A stretch of 64,000 bases of DNA from Mycobacteriales bacterium (GTDB lineage Bacteria > Actinomycetota > Actinomycetes > Mycobacteriales > SCTD01): contig DASTLY010000092.1 of NCBI GenBank assembly GCA_035714445.1, forward strand, positions 374-64,373, given 5' to 3'. Position 1 is the stretch's first letter; each line of letters starts with the position of its first letter. Positions 20,196-30,403 of this stretch are shown here, piece by piece. The position numbers and the translations under genes were made by a program. The notes under the pieces are model-generated. The model ran no database searches, had not been told where the DNA came from, and saw nothing but the letters and a program-made list of their open reading frames with translations.

Positions 20196-20745
20196 CGCGG
20201 CTCCCGGCAGTGCGCTGCTGCCGCGCCGGGCCGACCCAGCAGCGCGCTGCGGCCGCACCGACCGCAGGACCGACAGAGCAGCCCTCCGCCCCGCGCGCCG
20301 TCGCACCCTGCTTCGCCCGTGCCTCCGGGAGCGCGCGGCCAGAATGGCCGTGACGGCCGCCGCCCCGGCGGCCGCAGGTGCGCGCACCGGCCAGGGTGCG
20401 ATCAGGCGGAGAGTGCCGCTCCTGGTGGCCGGCGCCTACACGCTCGGACGGCCAGAAGGCCGGCTCTGCTCACTGTCAGTCCCGTCCCAACGCCCGCTTC
20501 TGCCGCTGAGCGGGTCGTAGCGGCCATGCACGAAGGCCCGTAGCACTCGCAGTGGAAGCTACAGATGCACTGAGAAACGTCTTCAGGAGCGCGGCAGTCA
20601 GCCGAATCGCAGTGGACTGCTGTCACGTGACCCGGACGACCGCATGACGATGCAAGCCCAAGCGCGACACCATATTGACGTCCGTGAGCGCGAGAAGAGC
20701 GCAGGTCAGACGCGGTCAGCCACGACAAGTCGGCCGAGGTCCTAC

Positions 20746-21189
20746 AGATGCCGAACTTGCCGCCGCCGAGCACGGCCTCGCGGTCGTCTCGACGGTCCGC
20801 GCCGACGGGACGGTGCAGGCGTCGGTGGTGAACGCCGCGCTCACCCAGCATCCTGTCTGCGGGTCGCCCGTCCTGGCGTTCGTGGCTCGCGGCGGGGCGC
20901 GCAAGCTCGGCAACCTGCGCCGGACGCCTCGCGCGACTTTGGTCCTGCGCACGCGTGGGAGTGGGTCGCCGTCGAGGGCGTCACCGAGCTCGCCGGCCCG
21001 GACGACGACCCCGGCGGGCTCGGCCCGGACCGCGTGCGGCTCCTCCTGCGCCAGATCTTCTCCGACGCCGGTGGGCAGCACCCCGACCTGGACGAGTACG
21101 ACCGCGTGATGCTCCGCGAGCGCCGGACCGCCGTCCTTGGCCGTCCCGAGCGGGTCTACACCAACCCGCCGCTCGCCCGACACCGATGA
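20746..21189 (+). pseudogene. PPOX-class F420-dependent oxidoreductase, frameshifted
   Basis: EHGLAVVSTVRADGTVQASVVNA...KLGNLRRTPRATLVLR in one frame continues as WEWVAVEG...AGGQHPDLDEYDRVM..ERRTAVL..PERVYTN in another. The shift is near 20950 and no clear start is visible. Confidence 0.8.
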
Positions 21190-21584
21190 CCGTGGAGCTC
21201 CTGCGCCGCGACGGCCGGCTGGAGCTCCGACGGGTCGTCGTCGGGCCGTGCGGACCAGCAGCTACCTCCTGACGTGCCGGCGCGGCGGCGACACTGCCGT
21301 GTTCGGCCGGGCGACTCGCGGTCACCGCGCTCCACACCCCGGGCCATCTCCCCGGTTCGCTGTCGTTCCAGGCCGACCGCGACGTCCTCACGGGCGACAC
21401 GAACTTCCCAGGAAGTCCGGGGCTGACCGGGTCGCCGCTGTCGGACCTCGGCACGATCATGAAGTCGGTCGGGCGCCTGCTCGGCCTCCCCGACAGCATG
21501 ACGGTCCGGCCCAGCCCCGGCCCGCCTAGGACCGACACGCGGCAGCGCCCGTTCCTGCGGGAGTGGCAGGAGCGGGGATGGTGA
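21186..21584 (+). pseudogene. MBL-fold metallo-hydrolase with internal deletion and frameshifts
   Basis: N-terminus ELRRVVVGP / SYLLTC, then LHTPGHLPGS...LTGDTNFPG...RPFLREWQERGW*. The HxHxDH segment is missing. Confidence 0.75.
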
Positions 21585-21919
21585 CGCCGCGGGAGATCGG
21601 GCGCGACGAGCTCCGCGCGCTCCTCGCCGGCGGCGGCGCCCGGCTCGTCGAGGCCCTCGGGCCGATGTACTACGCCGACGCGCACCTTCCCGGCGCGGTC
21701 AACATCCCGCCGGACCTTGCCGCCGAGCTGGCACCTGACCTCCTCCCCGACAAGGACGCGCCCGTCGTGACGTACTGCAGTGACGCGCGCTGCTCCAGCT
21801 CGACCGTCCTCGCGCGCCGGCTGATCAAGCTCGGCTACGTCGACGTCGCCAGGTACCCCGGCGGGAAGCAGGACTGGATCGCCGCCGGGCTGCCGGTCGA
21901 CAGGGCCCAGGTGTCCTGA
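21578..21919 (+). CDS. Rhodanese-like domain protein
   Basis: YADAHLPGAVNIP, VVTYCSDARC and YPGGKQDWIAAGLP motifs. The ATG overlaps the upstream stop. Confidence 0.9.
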   Translation: MVTPREIGRDELRALLAGGGARLVEALGPMYYADAHLPGAVNIPPDLAAELAPDLLPDKDAPVVTYCSDARCSSSTVLARRLIKLGYVDVARYPGGKQDWIAAGLPVDRAQVS

Positions 21920-22107
21920 CGGCGGACCTTGTGGGACGTGCGGCCGGTCCTGCCGGACCTGCCGGGGCTGACGTGCGGGGACCGGTTCGCCAGCCCCGCC
22001 GGATGGCCCGGGCGTGCGACACGTCCGCGAAAGGGCGCTGACAGACCAGCCCTCGACAGTGCGACCAGCCGCGGCGAAGGGCCGCGACGCAGACCACAGG
22101 AGCCGTC

Positions 22108-22734
22108 ATGTCCCGCTTGCTGCACATCTCGGCGTCGCCTCGCGGCGGCCAGTCGGAATCGCTGGCGATCGCCGAGACCTTCCTCGACGCTTACCGGGAG
22201 CTGAACCCGCTCGACACCGTCGACACGTACGACCTCTGGGACGGGACGCTGCCGGAGTTCGGGCCCGCCGCCGCTGGCGCGAAGATGACGATCTTCGGCG
22301 ATGGGATCCCCGTGGGCGCGGAGGGCGCTGCATGGGACGCCGCCAAGGCGACGTTCGACCGGTTCGACTCCTACGACCGCTACCTGTTCAGCGTCCCGAT
22401 GTGGAACGCGGGCGTACCGTACATCCTCAAGCAGTTCATCGACGTCGTCAGCCAGCCCGGCATGGTCTTCGGCTTCGACGGCGCGGCCGGCTACACCGGG
22501 CTGCTCCGGAACAAGAAGGCCGCCGTCATCTACACCAGCGCCGTCTACGGCCGGGGCCGCCCGGCGTCGTTCGGCTCGGACTTCCAGGCCCCGTACATGC
22601 GCGACTGGCTCAACTGGGCCGGCGTCAACGACATCGTCGAAGTCCACTTCCGGCCAAACTTGGCGACCGCCGACGCCGACACCGCACGCGCCGCAGCGCA
22701 CCGCGACGCCGAGACCGCCGCCGCCAAGTTCTAG
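22108..22734 (+). CDS. azoR: FMN-dependent NADH-azoreductase/quinone reductase
   Basis: LLHISASPRG, SVPMWNAGVPYILKQFID, GYTGLL and DFQAPY motifs. AGGAG RBS present. Confidence 0.9.
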   Translation: MSRLLHISASPRGGQSESLAIAETFLDAYRELNPLDTVDTYDLWDGTLPEFGPAAAGAKMTIFGDGIPVGAEGAAWDAAKATFDRFDSYDRYLFSVPMWNAGVPYILKQFIDVVSQPGMVFGFDGAAGYTGLLRNKKAAVIYTSAVYGRGRPASFGSDFQAPYMRDWLNWAGVNDIVEVHFRPNLATADADTARAAAHRDAETAAAKF

Positions 22735-22829
22735 GCCGTCCGCGGTGGACCGGACCGGCCGCGTGGCCGGCTCCCATCCACCAGCAGCTCGCGCCCGGCA
22801 CCGCTGCCGGCGCCCCGACAGGAGAGGTC

Positions 22830-22952
22830 GTGACCGCCCTCACCGTCCGCCAGGCGCTCGAGAACGAGCTCGCCGAAGGAGCCGCCACTCACGTCGACGC
22901 CCTCCCCGAGTCCTACTGGCCAAGCAGCACCTGCCCGGCGCGCGGAACCCCG
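22830..22952 (+). pseudogene. Rhodanese N-terminal remnant, frameshifted and truncated
   Basis: AGGAGAGG RBS plus GTG gives MTALTVRQALENELAEGAATHVDALPESYW, then a frameshift to AKQHLPGARN. Confidence 0.7.
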
Positions 22953-23105
22953 CCCACGCGAACGTCGCCATGGTGCGGCCCGTGGGCTGTGGTCGACGAC
23001 CCGCCGTTCGTGGCGTCCCAGGCATGGCAGCGACCCGGCACTGGGCCAGCCCATGCCGCCCTTCTATCAGCCACCTCTCGCATACAGCAACCACTCGGAG
23101 TCGCA

Positions 23106-23864
23106 ATGTCCATCACGAGCACGGAACAGAGAGACCGCACGCACACCGCGGCGCGGGTCGTCGAGCTGAGCAAGGTGTACGGCCAGGGCGATACGGCCGT
23201 CCACGCGCTCGACGGCGTCTCGGTGGGTTTTGCAGCCGGTGAGTTCACCGCGATCATGGGGTCGTCCGGCTCGGGCAAGTCAACGCTGCTCCACGCGTTG
23301 GCGGGCCTGGACGCCCCCACCTCGGGGTCCATCTACATGGGGGACGTGGAACTCACCGCGCTGTCCGACAACCAGCTGACCCGCCTGCGCCGCGACAAGC
23401 TCGGCTTCATCTTCCAGGCCTTCAACCTGCTCCCCACCCTCACGGCCTTGGAGAACATCACGCTGCCGCTGGACATCGCGGGCCGCAAGCCCGACCGGCA
23501 GTGGCTCGACACGGTGATCGACACCGTCGGCCTGCGGCCGCGGCTGTCGCACCGGCCCAGCGAGCTGTCGGGAGGCCAGCAGCAGCGCGTCGCCGCGGCG
23601 CGGGCCCTGGCCGGCCGCCCGGAGATCGTGTTCGCGGACGAACCGACCGGCGCGCTGGACTCCCGGGCGGCGGCCGAGCTGCTGGGCTTCCTGCGCGAAG
23701 CGGTGCATGGGCTGGGCCAGACCATCGTGATGGTCACCCACGACCCGGCCGCCGCCGCGCACGCAGACCGCGTCGTGTTCCTCGCCGACGGCCGCATCGT
23801 CGACGAGATGGTCGACCCCACGGCCGAGAAGGTCCTCGACTACATGAAGACGCTGGGGGGCTGA
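23106..23864 (+). CDS. ABC transporter ATP-binding protein (LolD/MacB-like)
   Basis: Walker A GSSGSGKS, GFIFQAFNL, LSGGQQQRVA, ADEPTGALD and MVTHD motifs. Confidence 0.95.
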   Translation: MSITSTEQRDRTHTAARVVELSKVYGQGDTAVHALDGVSVGFAAGEFTAIMGSSGSGKSTLLHALAGLDAPTSGSIYMGDVELTALSDNQLTRLRRDKLGFIFQAFNLLPTLTALENITLPLDIAGRKPDRQWLDTVIDTVGLRPRLSHRPSELSGGQQQRVAAARALAGRPEIVFADEPTGALDSRAAAELLGFLREAVHGLGQTIVMVTHDPAAAAHADRVVFLADGRIVDEMVDPTAEKVLDYMKTLGG

Positions 23865-23867
23865 GCC

Positions 23868-26400
23868 GTGCTCACCTTCGCCCTGAAGGGCCTGCTGGCC
23901 CACAAGCTGCGCCTGTTCATGACCTCGCTGTCCATCGCGCTCGGGTGTCGCCTTCGTCGCCGGCACCCTCGTTCTGACCGACTCCCTCAACGCCTCGTTC
24001 TCGGCCGCCTACACCCACCAGTACGCCGGGGCCGACATGGTCGTGCGCTCCCAGGCGGCGTACACCGACAGCGAGGCGCCCGACCAGCGGGCGCCGGTCC
24101 GCTCCGACCTCGTCGGGCAGCTCCGCCGACTGCCGGGGGTTGCGACCGCGACGGGTGCCGTACGCGGGTTCGCGCTGATGGTCGACGAGGACGGCGAGAC
24201 GATCGGGGCCGGGCTCCAGGCCAACAACGGCATGAGCGCCCCGTCCACCGACGGCGCAATCCGTTACGCCACCGGCCGCGCCCCCGCCGGCCCGGGCGAG
24301 GTCGCCGTGGACGCCGGCAGCGCCGCTGACGCCGCCCTCGCGGTGGGCGACCGGATCCGCGTGGTCTTCCAGGGGCCGCCGCGCGAGTTCACCGTCGTGG
24401 GCGTCGCCCGCTTCGGCAAGGACGACCGGCTCGGCAGCACCAGCACGGCGCTGTTCGACCTCGAGACCGCGCAGCAGGTCCTGGGCAAGGCCGGGGCCTA
24501 CGACGAGGTGCTCCTCACCGCACGGGACGGCACGTCGCCTGCGGTGCTGCGCGACACCGTCGCCGCAGCGCTCCCCGAGCAGACCGAGGTGCTCTCCGCA
24601 GCCGCCGTCGCCGACGAACGGACCGACCTGCTCAAGGCCCAGCTGAGCTTCATCAACGTCTTCCTGCTCGTCTTCGCCGGGATCGCCGTCTTCGTCGGCT
24701 CCTTCATCATCTGGAACACCTTCACCATCCTGGTGGCGCAGCGCAGCCGGGAGCTCGCGCTGCTGCGCGCGCTCGGGGCCACCCGGCGGCAGGTGACACG
24801 GTCCGTGCTCGCCGAGGCCGTCGTCGTCGGGCTGCTCGCGTCGGCGCTCGGGCTCGGGCTCGGGCTGCTGGTCGCCAAGCTGCTCGTCCTCATGCTCGCG
24901 GCGACGGGCGTCGAGATGACCTCGCCGGGGTTCGGCATGGCGCCTCGTACCGTCGCCGTGTCGGTCCTGGTCGGGGTCGTCGTCACCGTGCTGGCGTCGC
25001 TGGCCCCGGCACGGATGGCGACACGGGTCGCTCCCATCGAGGCGCTGCGGGACGCCGCCCCCGGCAGCTACCGGCCCTCGAGGCGGCGGGCGGGCCTGGG
25101 CGGCCTGGTGACCGCAGTGGGGGTGGCCGGGCTGGCCGGCGGCCTGTTCGCGGGCAGCGGCATCGCGCTGGTCGGGCTCGGCGCTTCCGTCACGTTCCTG
25201 GGCATCACGACCCTGCTGCCCCTCGTCGCCCGGCCCGCGGCCCGGCTGATCGGAGCGCCGCTCCCGCGCCTGGGTGGGATGCCGGGCAAGCTGGCCCGGG
25301 ACAACGCCATGCGCAACCCCCGGCGGACGGCGTCGACCGCCGCCGCGCTCATGATCGGCCTGGCCGTCGTCGCGAGCGTGACGGTCCTGGCCACGTCGCT
25401 CAAGGCGAGCATCGGCTCCGACATCGAGCGCACCCTGCGCGGCGAGCTGGTCGTCCAGCAGGTGGGCGGCCAGGGCGCCGGGCTGAGCCCGGAGGTCGCC
25501 CGCACAGTCGCGGCTGTGCCGGGCGTTGCCGCCGCTTCGCCCCTCGGCTTCGGCCGCGGCAGGGTCGACGGCATGGTCACCTACGTGGCGCCGGTCGACC
25601 CCGCCACAGTCGAGCGCGTCGTGGAGCTGGGCGTATCCCGTGGCACTGTCGCGAGCCTGGCCGACGGTGGACTGCTCGTGCACGAGGCGACAGCCGAGGA
25701 GAAGGGCTGGGCAGTCGGCGACCCGGTGCCGGTTGAGTGGCCGCAGACCGGGGCTACGACTATGCCCGTCGCCGGCATCTTCACCGAGAAAGACCTCATC
25801 GGGGCCGACTACGCGCTGTCGCTGCGGGAGTTCGACCGCAACGTCGCGGGCCGCCTGGACACAAAGGTGCTCGTCAAGGTGTGGGACGGCGCCGACGTGT
25901 CCCAGGTGGCTAGGGCCGTGACCACGGCTGCCCGTGCGTTCCCAGACGCGGAGGTCCTGACGGGACAGGAGCTGGACGAGTCCGTCTCCGGCCAGGTCGA
26001 CGAGTTCCTGCTGTTCGTTACCGCGCTGCTGCTACTCGCGGTCTTCATCGCGCTGATCGGCATCGTCAACACCCTGGCTCTGTCGGTCTTCGAGCGGACC
26101 CGCGAGATCGGGCTGCTGCGCGCGGTGGGCATGACGCGCCGACAGGTGCGCGGGATGGTGCGCTGGGAGTCCGCGGTCATCGCGGCGATCGGGGCGGTGA
26201 CCGGGTCCGTGGTCGGTCTCGGGTTCGGTGTCGCCCTTGTCACGGCACTCGAGGACGAGGGAGTGTCCACGCTCGCCGTACCCGTCCCGCGCCTACTCCT
26301 GTACGTCCTGGCCGCGGCGCTGGCCGGAGTGCTCGCCGCGCTCGGCCCGGCGCGGCGAGCGTCCAACATCGACGTCCTCACCGCGGTCACGAATGATTGA
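23868..26400 (+). pseudogene. FtsX/MacB-type ABC permease with +1 frameshift near 23944
   Basis: MLTFALKGLLAHKLRLFMTSLSIAL is joined to GVAFVAGTLVLTDS by removing one G from GGG at 23943-23945. Two FtsX motifs follow (QRSRELALLRALGATRRQ; ERTREIGLLRAVGM). Confidence 0.85.
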
Positions 26401-26557
26401 AGTACGACCAGGGGGCGGCTCCTGCACCAGGGGCTGCCCTCTGGGCGCTGGCCCTGGCCGTGGGCTCACCGAGGAGGGCGAGGACGTCGAGTTCCTGGAG
26501 CCTCGCTTCGACGAGGCCCTAGCCCGGGGCTTCACGTTAGCGTCGTGAAGTTGCGGG

Positions 26558-26662
26558 TGTCGTTGAACTGAAAACTGCTCCTGATGGCGGTCCCAGGCCA
26601 CGACCCCTGACGGTGGCCGGTGACAGTCCCCGCACCTCCATGTGCCGCAGGTGCGCCTCGAC
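26558..26662 (-). mobile_element. Possible mobile-element scar: tyrosine-recombinase N-terminal fragment next to a TGT-type terminus
   Basis: Minus-strand VEAHLRHMEVRGLSPATVRG resembles integrase SAM-like N-termini. An AT-richer TGTCGTTGAACTGAAAAC lies at 26558. Confidence 0.3.
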
Positions 26663-27025
26663 CGGGCAGCGGGTAGGCGTGCTCACGCCTCGAGCACCTG
26701 TGCGCCACGACCAGCAGCGCTGCCAGGCCCCGGCCTGTCGTGCGGTAACCGTCCTCGAAGAAGGCGTCTGCGTCACCGAGCACCTCTGACCTGTCCCGGC
26801 TCACCGTCGAGCTTCGACCAGCACCCGGACCGGCACGGGGGCGCTGTCGTCCCGTCCTCGCACGTGCATTCCTCCACCCGGGCCGCTGTGGGACCCCGGA
26901 CTTCGTGTCGGCGTCCCACGTGTAGCGAGGGCGGGCATGTCGTCGCTCCTCATTCCGGTAGCCCGCGGGCAGGGATCGCGCGCCGGCCATGTGACCAGCG
27001 CCGGACCTCAACCTCGCCGGGCAGG

Positions 27026-27742
27026 TCAATAGCTGTAGGGGTTGGCGGGTTCGCCGATTGCCGTCAGTCGGCTGGCGGTCAGCGTGGCGTCGGCCTGTGA
27101 CCTCTGATCGTCGTTCACGCCCGGGGTGGCCTGGCCTCGGCCTTCCACCTGCCACCAGGTGTCGGCTGGCGGCGTCGTCGGGGAGGCGATGAACACGCGT
27201 ACGGCTTGCCCGTCCGCAGCGCAGCAGTTCAGGGCGATGCGGGTCAGGTAGAAGCCGCTGCCGTGCCGCGCCCGTTCCTCGGGTGTGGCTGGGACCGCGA
27301 ACCCGACCAGGCGCAGTTGGGCCTGCTCGAGTCCGGCGGGCTCGAAGGCGGCTCGGCGGGCGTACTCCCGCAGGGTGAGCTCCACCGCGCCGTTGCGGGC
27401 CGGTGGGAGGGACCCGAGCGTGCCCTGCGGGGCTTGTACGACCGTCGTCCTGCCCTGCAGGCCGTAGGAGCCGAGCGCGGGCGGGTCGACGAGCAGGATC
27501 AGTCCGATGGGGACGGCGAGCAACCACCCGACCTGGGACGGCGCGGGACCCTGCGGTCGAGCCGAGCGGTAGGCCGCGAAGACCCCGGCAGCCCCGACCA
27601 GCGCCAGCGCCAGGCCGCTGACCAGCAGCGGCGATCCGAGCCAGGGCTTGACGTAGCGCAGGTGGGAGCCGGTGCGCACGAGCTGCACGACGACGACGCC
27701 CAGGACCAGCAGCAGGGCGGACGGGGCGGCGCGGCCGGTCAC
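27026..27742 (-). CDS. TIGR03943/DUF1980 (YcgQ-like) permease subunit
   Basis: LRYVKP, PPALGS, LRLVGF, FYLTRIALNCCAAD and DTWWQVEG motifs. GTGA overlap with the upstream permease. Confidence 0.9.
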   Translation of the reverse strand: MTGRAAPSALLLVLGVVVVQLVRTGSHLRYVKPWLGSPLLVSGLALALVGAAGVFAAYRSARPQGPAPSQVGWLLAVPIGLILLVDPPALGSYGLQGRTTVVQAPQGTLGSLPPARNGAVELTLREYARRAAFEPAGLEQAQLRLVGFAVPATPEERARHGSGFYLTRIALNCCAADGQAVRVFIASPTTPPADTWWQVEGRGQATPGVNDDQRSQADATLTASRLTAIGEPANPYSY

Positions 27743-28782
27743 AGCAGTGACCCGGTCAGCACGCTGGCGGTGACGGCTGCCGCAAGGGCGAGCGGGCAGA
27801 ATCGCGCTGCGAAGCGCCGGCCGAACGTCCCGACGTGCAGGGCGACCAGCTTCACGTCGACGACCGGGCCGACGACCATGAAGGCCAGCTGTGCGGTGCG
27901 GGAGAACTGGGTGAAGCTCGCGGCGACGAACGCGTCGGCCTCGCTGCACACCGCCAGCACGATCGCGAGCACCACCAGGGTGAGGACCGCGAGCGCTCCC
28001 TGGCCCCCGAAGGTGTCCAGGACGCTGCGAGGGACAAGCACGTGCAGCGCCGCGGAGGTCATGGCGCCGAGCACGAGGAAGCCCCCGGCCTGCAGGAAGT
28101 CGTGGGTGGCGACCTGCAGCGCGTGCCCCCCGCGGCTGGTGCGGCCGTGCCGCGTGTGCACGGCCCGCTCGAGCAGCCACTGCGGCTTGCCGAACCGGCA
28201 CCACAGCAGCCCCACGAGCACCGCAGTCGCCAGCGCCGCGACCAGCCGGGCCAGGACCATCGCGGGCTGAGCCGGGAACGCCACGTAGGTGCTGACGAGC
28301 ACGATCGGGTTCACCGCGGGAGCCGACAGCAGGAAGGTCAGGGCCACGCCCTGCGGCACGCCGCGGGAGATCAGCCCGCTGGCGACCGGCACCGAGCCGC
28401 ACTCGCACCCGGGCAGCAGCGCCCCGGCGAGGCCCGCGACCGGCACCGCCAGGCCCGGCCGAGCGGGCAGCGCCCGCATCAGCAGCTCCGACGGCAGGAC
28501 GGTCGCGATCACTGTCGAGATGAGGATGCCCAACGCCAGGAACGGCACGGCCTGCACGCACACCGAGACGGCGATCGTGGCCCACGTGGTGGTGGCCTGC
28601 ACGTCGACCAGCCCGGACAGCGGGCCGCGCACCACCAGGACCACGCACAGGACCAGGACCGCGGCGATGATGGCGGCGTCGGGCACCACGGGCTCGGGCC
28701 GGGTGCCCGAGGCCGGGCTGCAGCAGTCGTCGCCCTCGGTGCCGGCCGCCCCGTGCTGGTCGGGCCTGACGGGCGCCGTCAC
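27739..28782 (-). CDS. DUF318/ArsP-like (YcgR-like) permease
   Basis: QAVPFLALG, LPGCECGSVPV, FLLSAPAVNP, LAVCSEADAFVA and GPVVDVKL motifs. The N-terminus carries DDCC. Confidence 0.92.
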   Translation of the reverse strand: MTAPVRPDQHGAAGTEGDDCCSPASGTRPEPVVPDAAIIAAVLVLCVVLVVRGPLSGLVDVQATTTWATIAVSVCVQAVPFLALGILISTVIATVLPSELLMRALPARPGLAVPVAGLAGALLPGCECGSVPVASGLISRGVPQGVALTFLLSAPAVNPIVLVSTYVAFPAQPAMVLARLVAALATAVLVGLLWCRFGKPQWLLERAVHTRHGRTSRGGHALQVATHDFLQAGGFLVLGAMTSAALHVLVPRSVLDTFGGQGALAVLTLVVLAIVLAVCSEADAFVAASFTQFSRTAQLAFMVVGPVVDVKLVALHVGTFGRRFAARFCPLALAAAVTASVLTGSLL

Positions 28783-29576
28783 GAGTCGGGAGCGGGGCTG
28801 GAGGTGCGGGCCCGCTCGGGTGAGGGCGCCGGCTGGCCGGCCAGCTTCTGTCGGGCCTGCTGGAAGTAGCCCGCGGCGAACGTGTCCAGGTCCGTACCCT
28901 GGCCGTTGCCGTTGCCGACGACCGCGCTCAGCAGGACGTCGCCCTGGGCCGCGACCAGGTAGGTGTACTCGACCGCCTGCCTCCCGACGGCAGTGGCGGG
29001 CGTGGCGACCAGGTGCGCGCCGGCGCTGCTGCCGCCGACAGGCGGCGCGATCAGCGCCAGCTCGACCGGGGTGTCCGGGTAGCCGGCGAACGTGGTTCGC
29101 CACGTGGAACAGCCTTGCAACGCCTGGACGCGTTCCTGCAACGCCTGCTGCGCGCCCGGACCGGTGTACTGGGCCAGCTCGAACGTCATCGCCATCCCGC
29201 CAGGGACGTCGCGCTCGTTCTGCCGCACGCTGCGGCGCAGCACCTGCACCCGCGCGGCATCGCTGGCGTAGCCGGCCGCGCACGGGTGCACCAGACCTGG
29301 GCCGTCGGTGATCTGCTGGGACGCGGCCTGCTCGTCGGCGATCCAGCCGTAGCCCAGCTCGGGTGGCGCCGGGAACAGCTCCGACAGATCCCCCTCAGCA
29401 CGCTGCGTGAGGTCCTCCTCGACGCTCGGTGCAGCGACTATGGCCGCCCCGCCACCCGAGCGGGGCTCTCTGTTCAGGCCGCTGGTGAGCAGGACGGCAC
29501 CGACGACACACCCGAGCACCATGGCCGCGGGCGCCAGCCAACCCCTCGTCGTCCGCCGACCTGGCATCCCCGTCAC
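28779..29576 (-). CDS. Membrane-anchored hypothetical protein, possibly PknH-like extracellular domain
   Basis: N-terminal TM helix, PELGYGW, and two Cys (HPC, QGC). Translationally coupled to the permease via GTGA, with an AGGAGGG RBS. Confidence 0.65.
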   Translation of the reverse strand: MTGMPGRRTTRGWLAPAAMVLGCVVGAVLLTSGLNREPRSGGGAAIVAAPSVEEDLTQRAEGDLSELFPAPPELGYGWIADEQAASQQITDGPGLVHPCAAGYASDAARVQVLRRSVRQNERDVPGGMAMTFELAQYTGPGAQQALQERVQALQGCSTWRTTFAGYPDTPVELALIAPPVGGSSAGAHLVATPATAVGRQAVEYTYLVAAQGDVLLSAVVGNGNGQGTDLDTFAAGYFQQARQKLAGQPAPSPERARTSSPAPDS

Positions 29577-30177
29577 CCTCCTGTCCGTCGTGTGCAGCCT
29601 CCGCCATCTCGCACCGACCTGGCCGACCGGTCAGTGACCGGCGGCCTCGGCGCACCCTGCCACGCACAGGCCGCCGGATGAAGCATCGCCGCAGTGATGT
29701 GTGGACAGCGGTGCGTCGGCGCACCCGCGTGTCGCAGCTTGAACGCTGCCTCACCGCACCGGAGTTGGACAGGCTGCTGGAGAACGTCGGCAGCGTGGCG
29801 GGCCAGCTGCGCCGGCTACGTCTGCGACAGAAAGCCGGCTGGCAGGCGCCGCCGGGTCAGCAGCTCTGACGGGAGCCTGCGGCGGGCAGGCGCGACGAGC
29901 TGAGGCCGGCGAGCGGGCCTGGGCGGGCCTGGCGTGTTGCAGGCAGGCCGAGCAGGCTGGTGAAGCGGTAGCGGGAACCTGGTGTGACCGCACCGGGCGA
30001 CGGCGACGTGTAGCCCGGTGCCGTCCTCCTCCTTGCCTGGACCGAGACCCGTCAGCACCGACGCCGTCGCTGACCTGGTCACGCCTTCTCCCGCCGGTCG
30101 AAGGCCAGCAGCAGGTCCAGGGCCAAACGCTGGTCGGCCGGCAGCGGCAGGGTCGGGACCGCGGCTTGCCGGGCGCG

Positions 30178-30353
30178 GCACGGCTGACACGGTCTCCAGC
30201 GGGCAGCCGCGGTCCGGGCAGGTCAGCTGTGTCAGGAAGACCGCGGCTTCGTCGGCGAGGTCCAGCACAGGCCGACCCCATTTCCTGCAGGCGCTGCCGG
30301 ACCAGGTGCGGCACCGGCGCGGAGGTGGACCCTGGAGATACCGAGATCAGCAC
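30178..30353 (-). pseudogene. Decayed small Cys-motif (CPxxGCP-LETV) protein gene
   Basis: RKWGRPVLDLADEAAVFLTQLTCPDRGCPLETVSAV. The in-frame start is unclear and the flanks look degenerate. It lies divergent from the Zur-like box. Confidence 0.45.
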
Positions 30354-30366
30354 GTCGCAGTGCGTG

Positions 30367-30387
30367 TAATGACAACGAATGTCACTA
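30367..30387. promoter_or_regulatory. Putative Zur (Fur-family) operator
   Basis: AT-rich 21-bp palindrome TAATGACAACGAATGTCACTA (TAATGA-N9-TCAcTA), adjacent to a -10-like TAGGCT at 30392-30397. Confidence 0.75.
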
Positions 30388-30403
30388 CGGTTAGGCTGGG
30401 CGC

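Noticed and set aside
26393..26548. Short ORF overlapping the ABC permease stop
   Set aside because: It may be a gene remnant (EDVEFLEPRFDEALARG), but it is too short to assign.
29678..29869. 63-aa plus-strand ORF inside the metal module
   Set aside because: It has no recognisable motif, a weak RBS, and lies opposite to the surrounding transcription direction.
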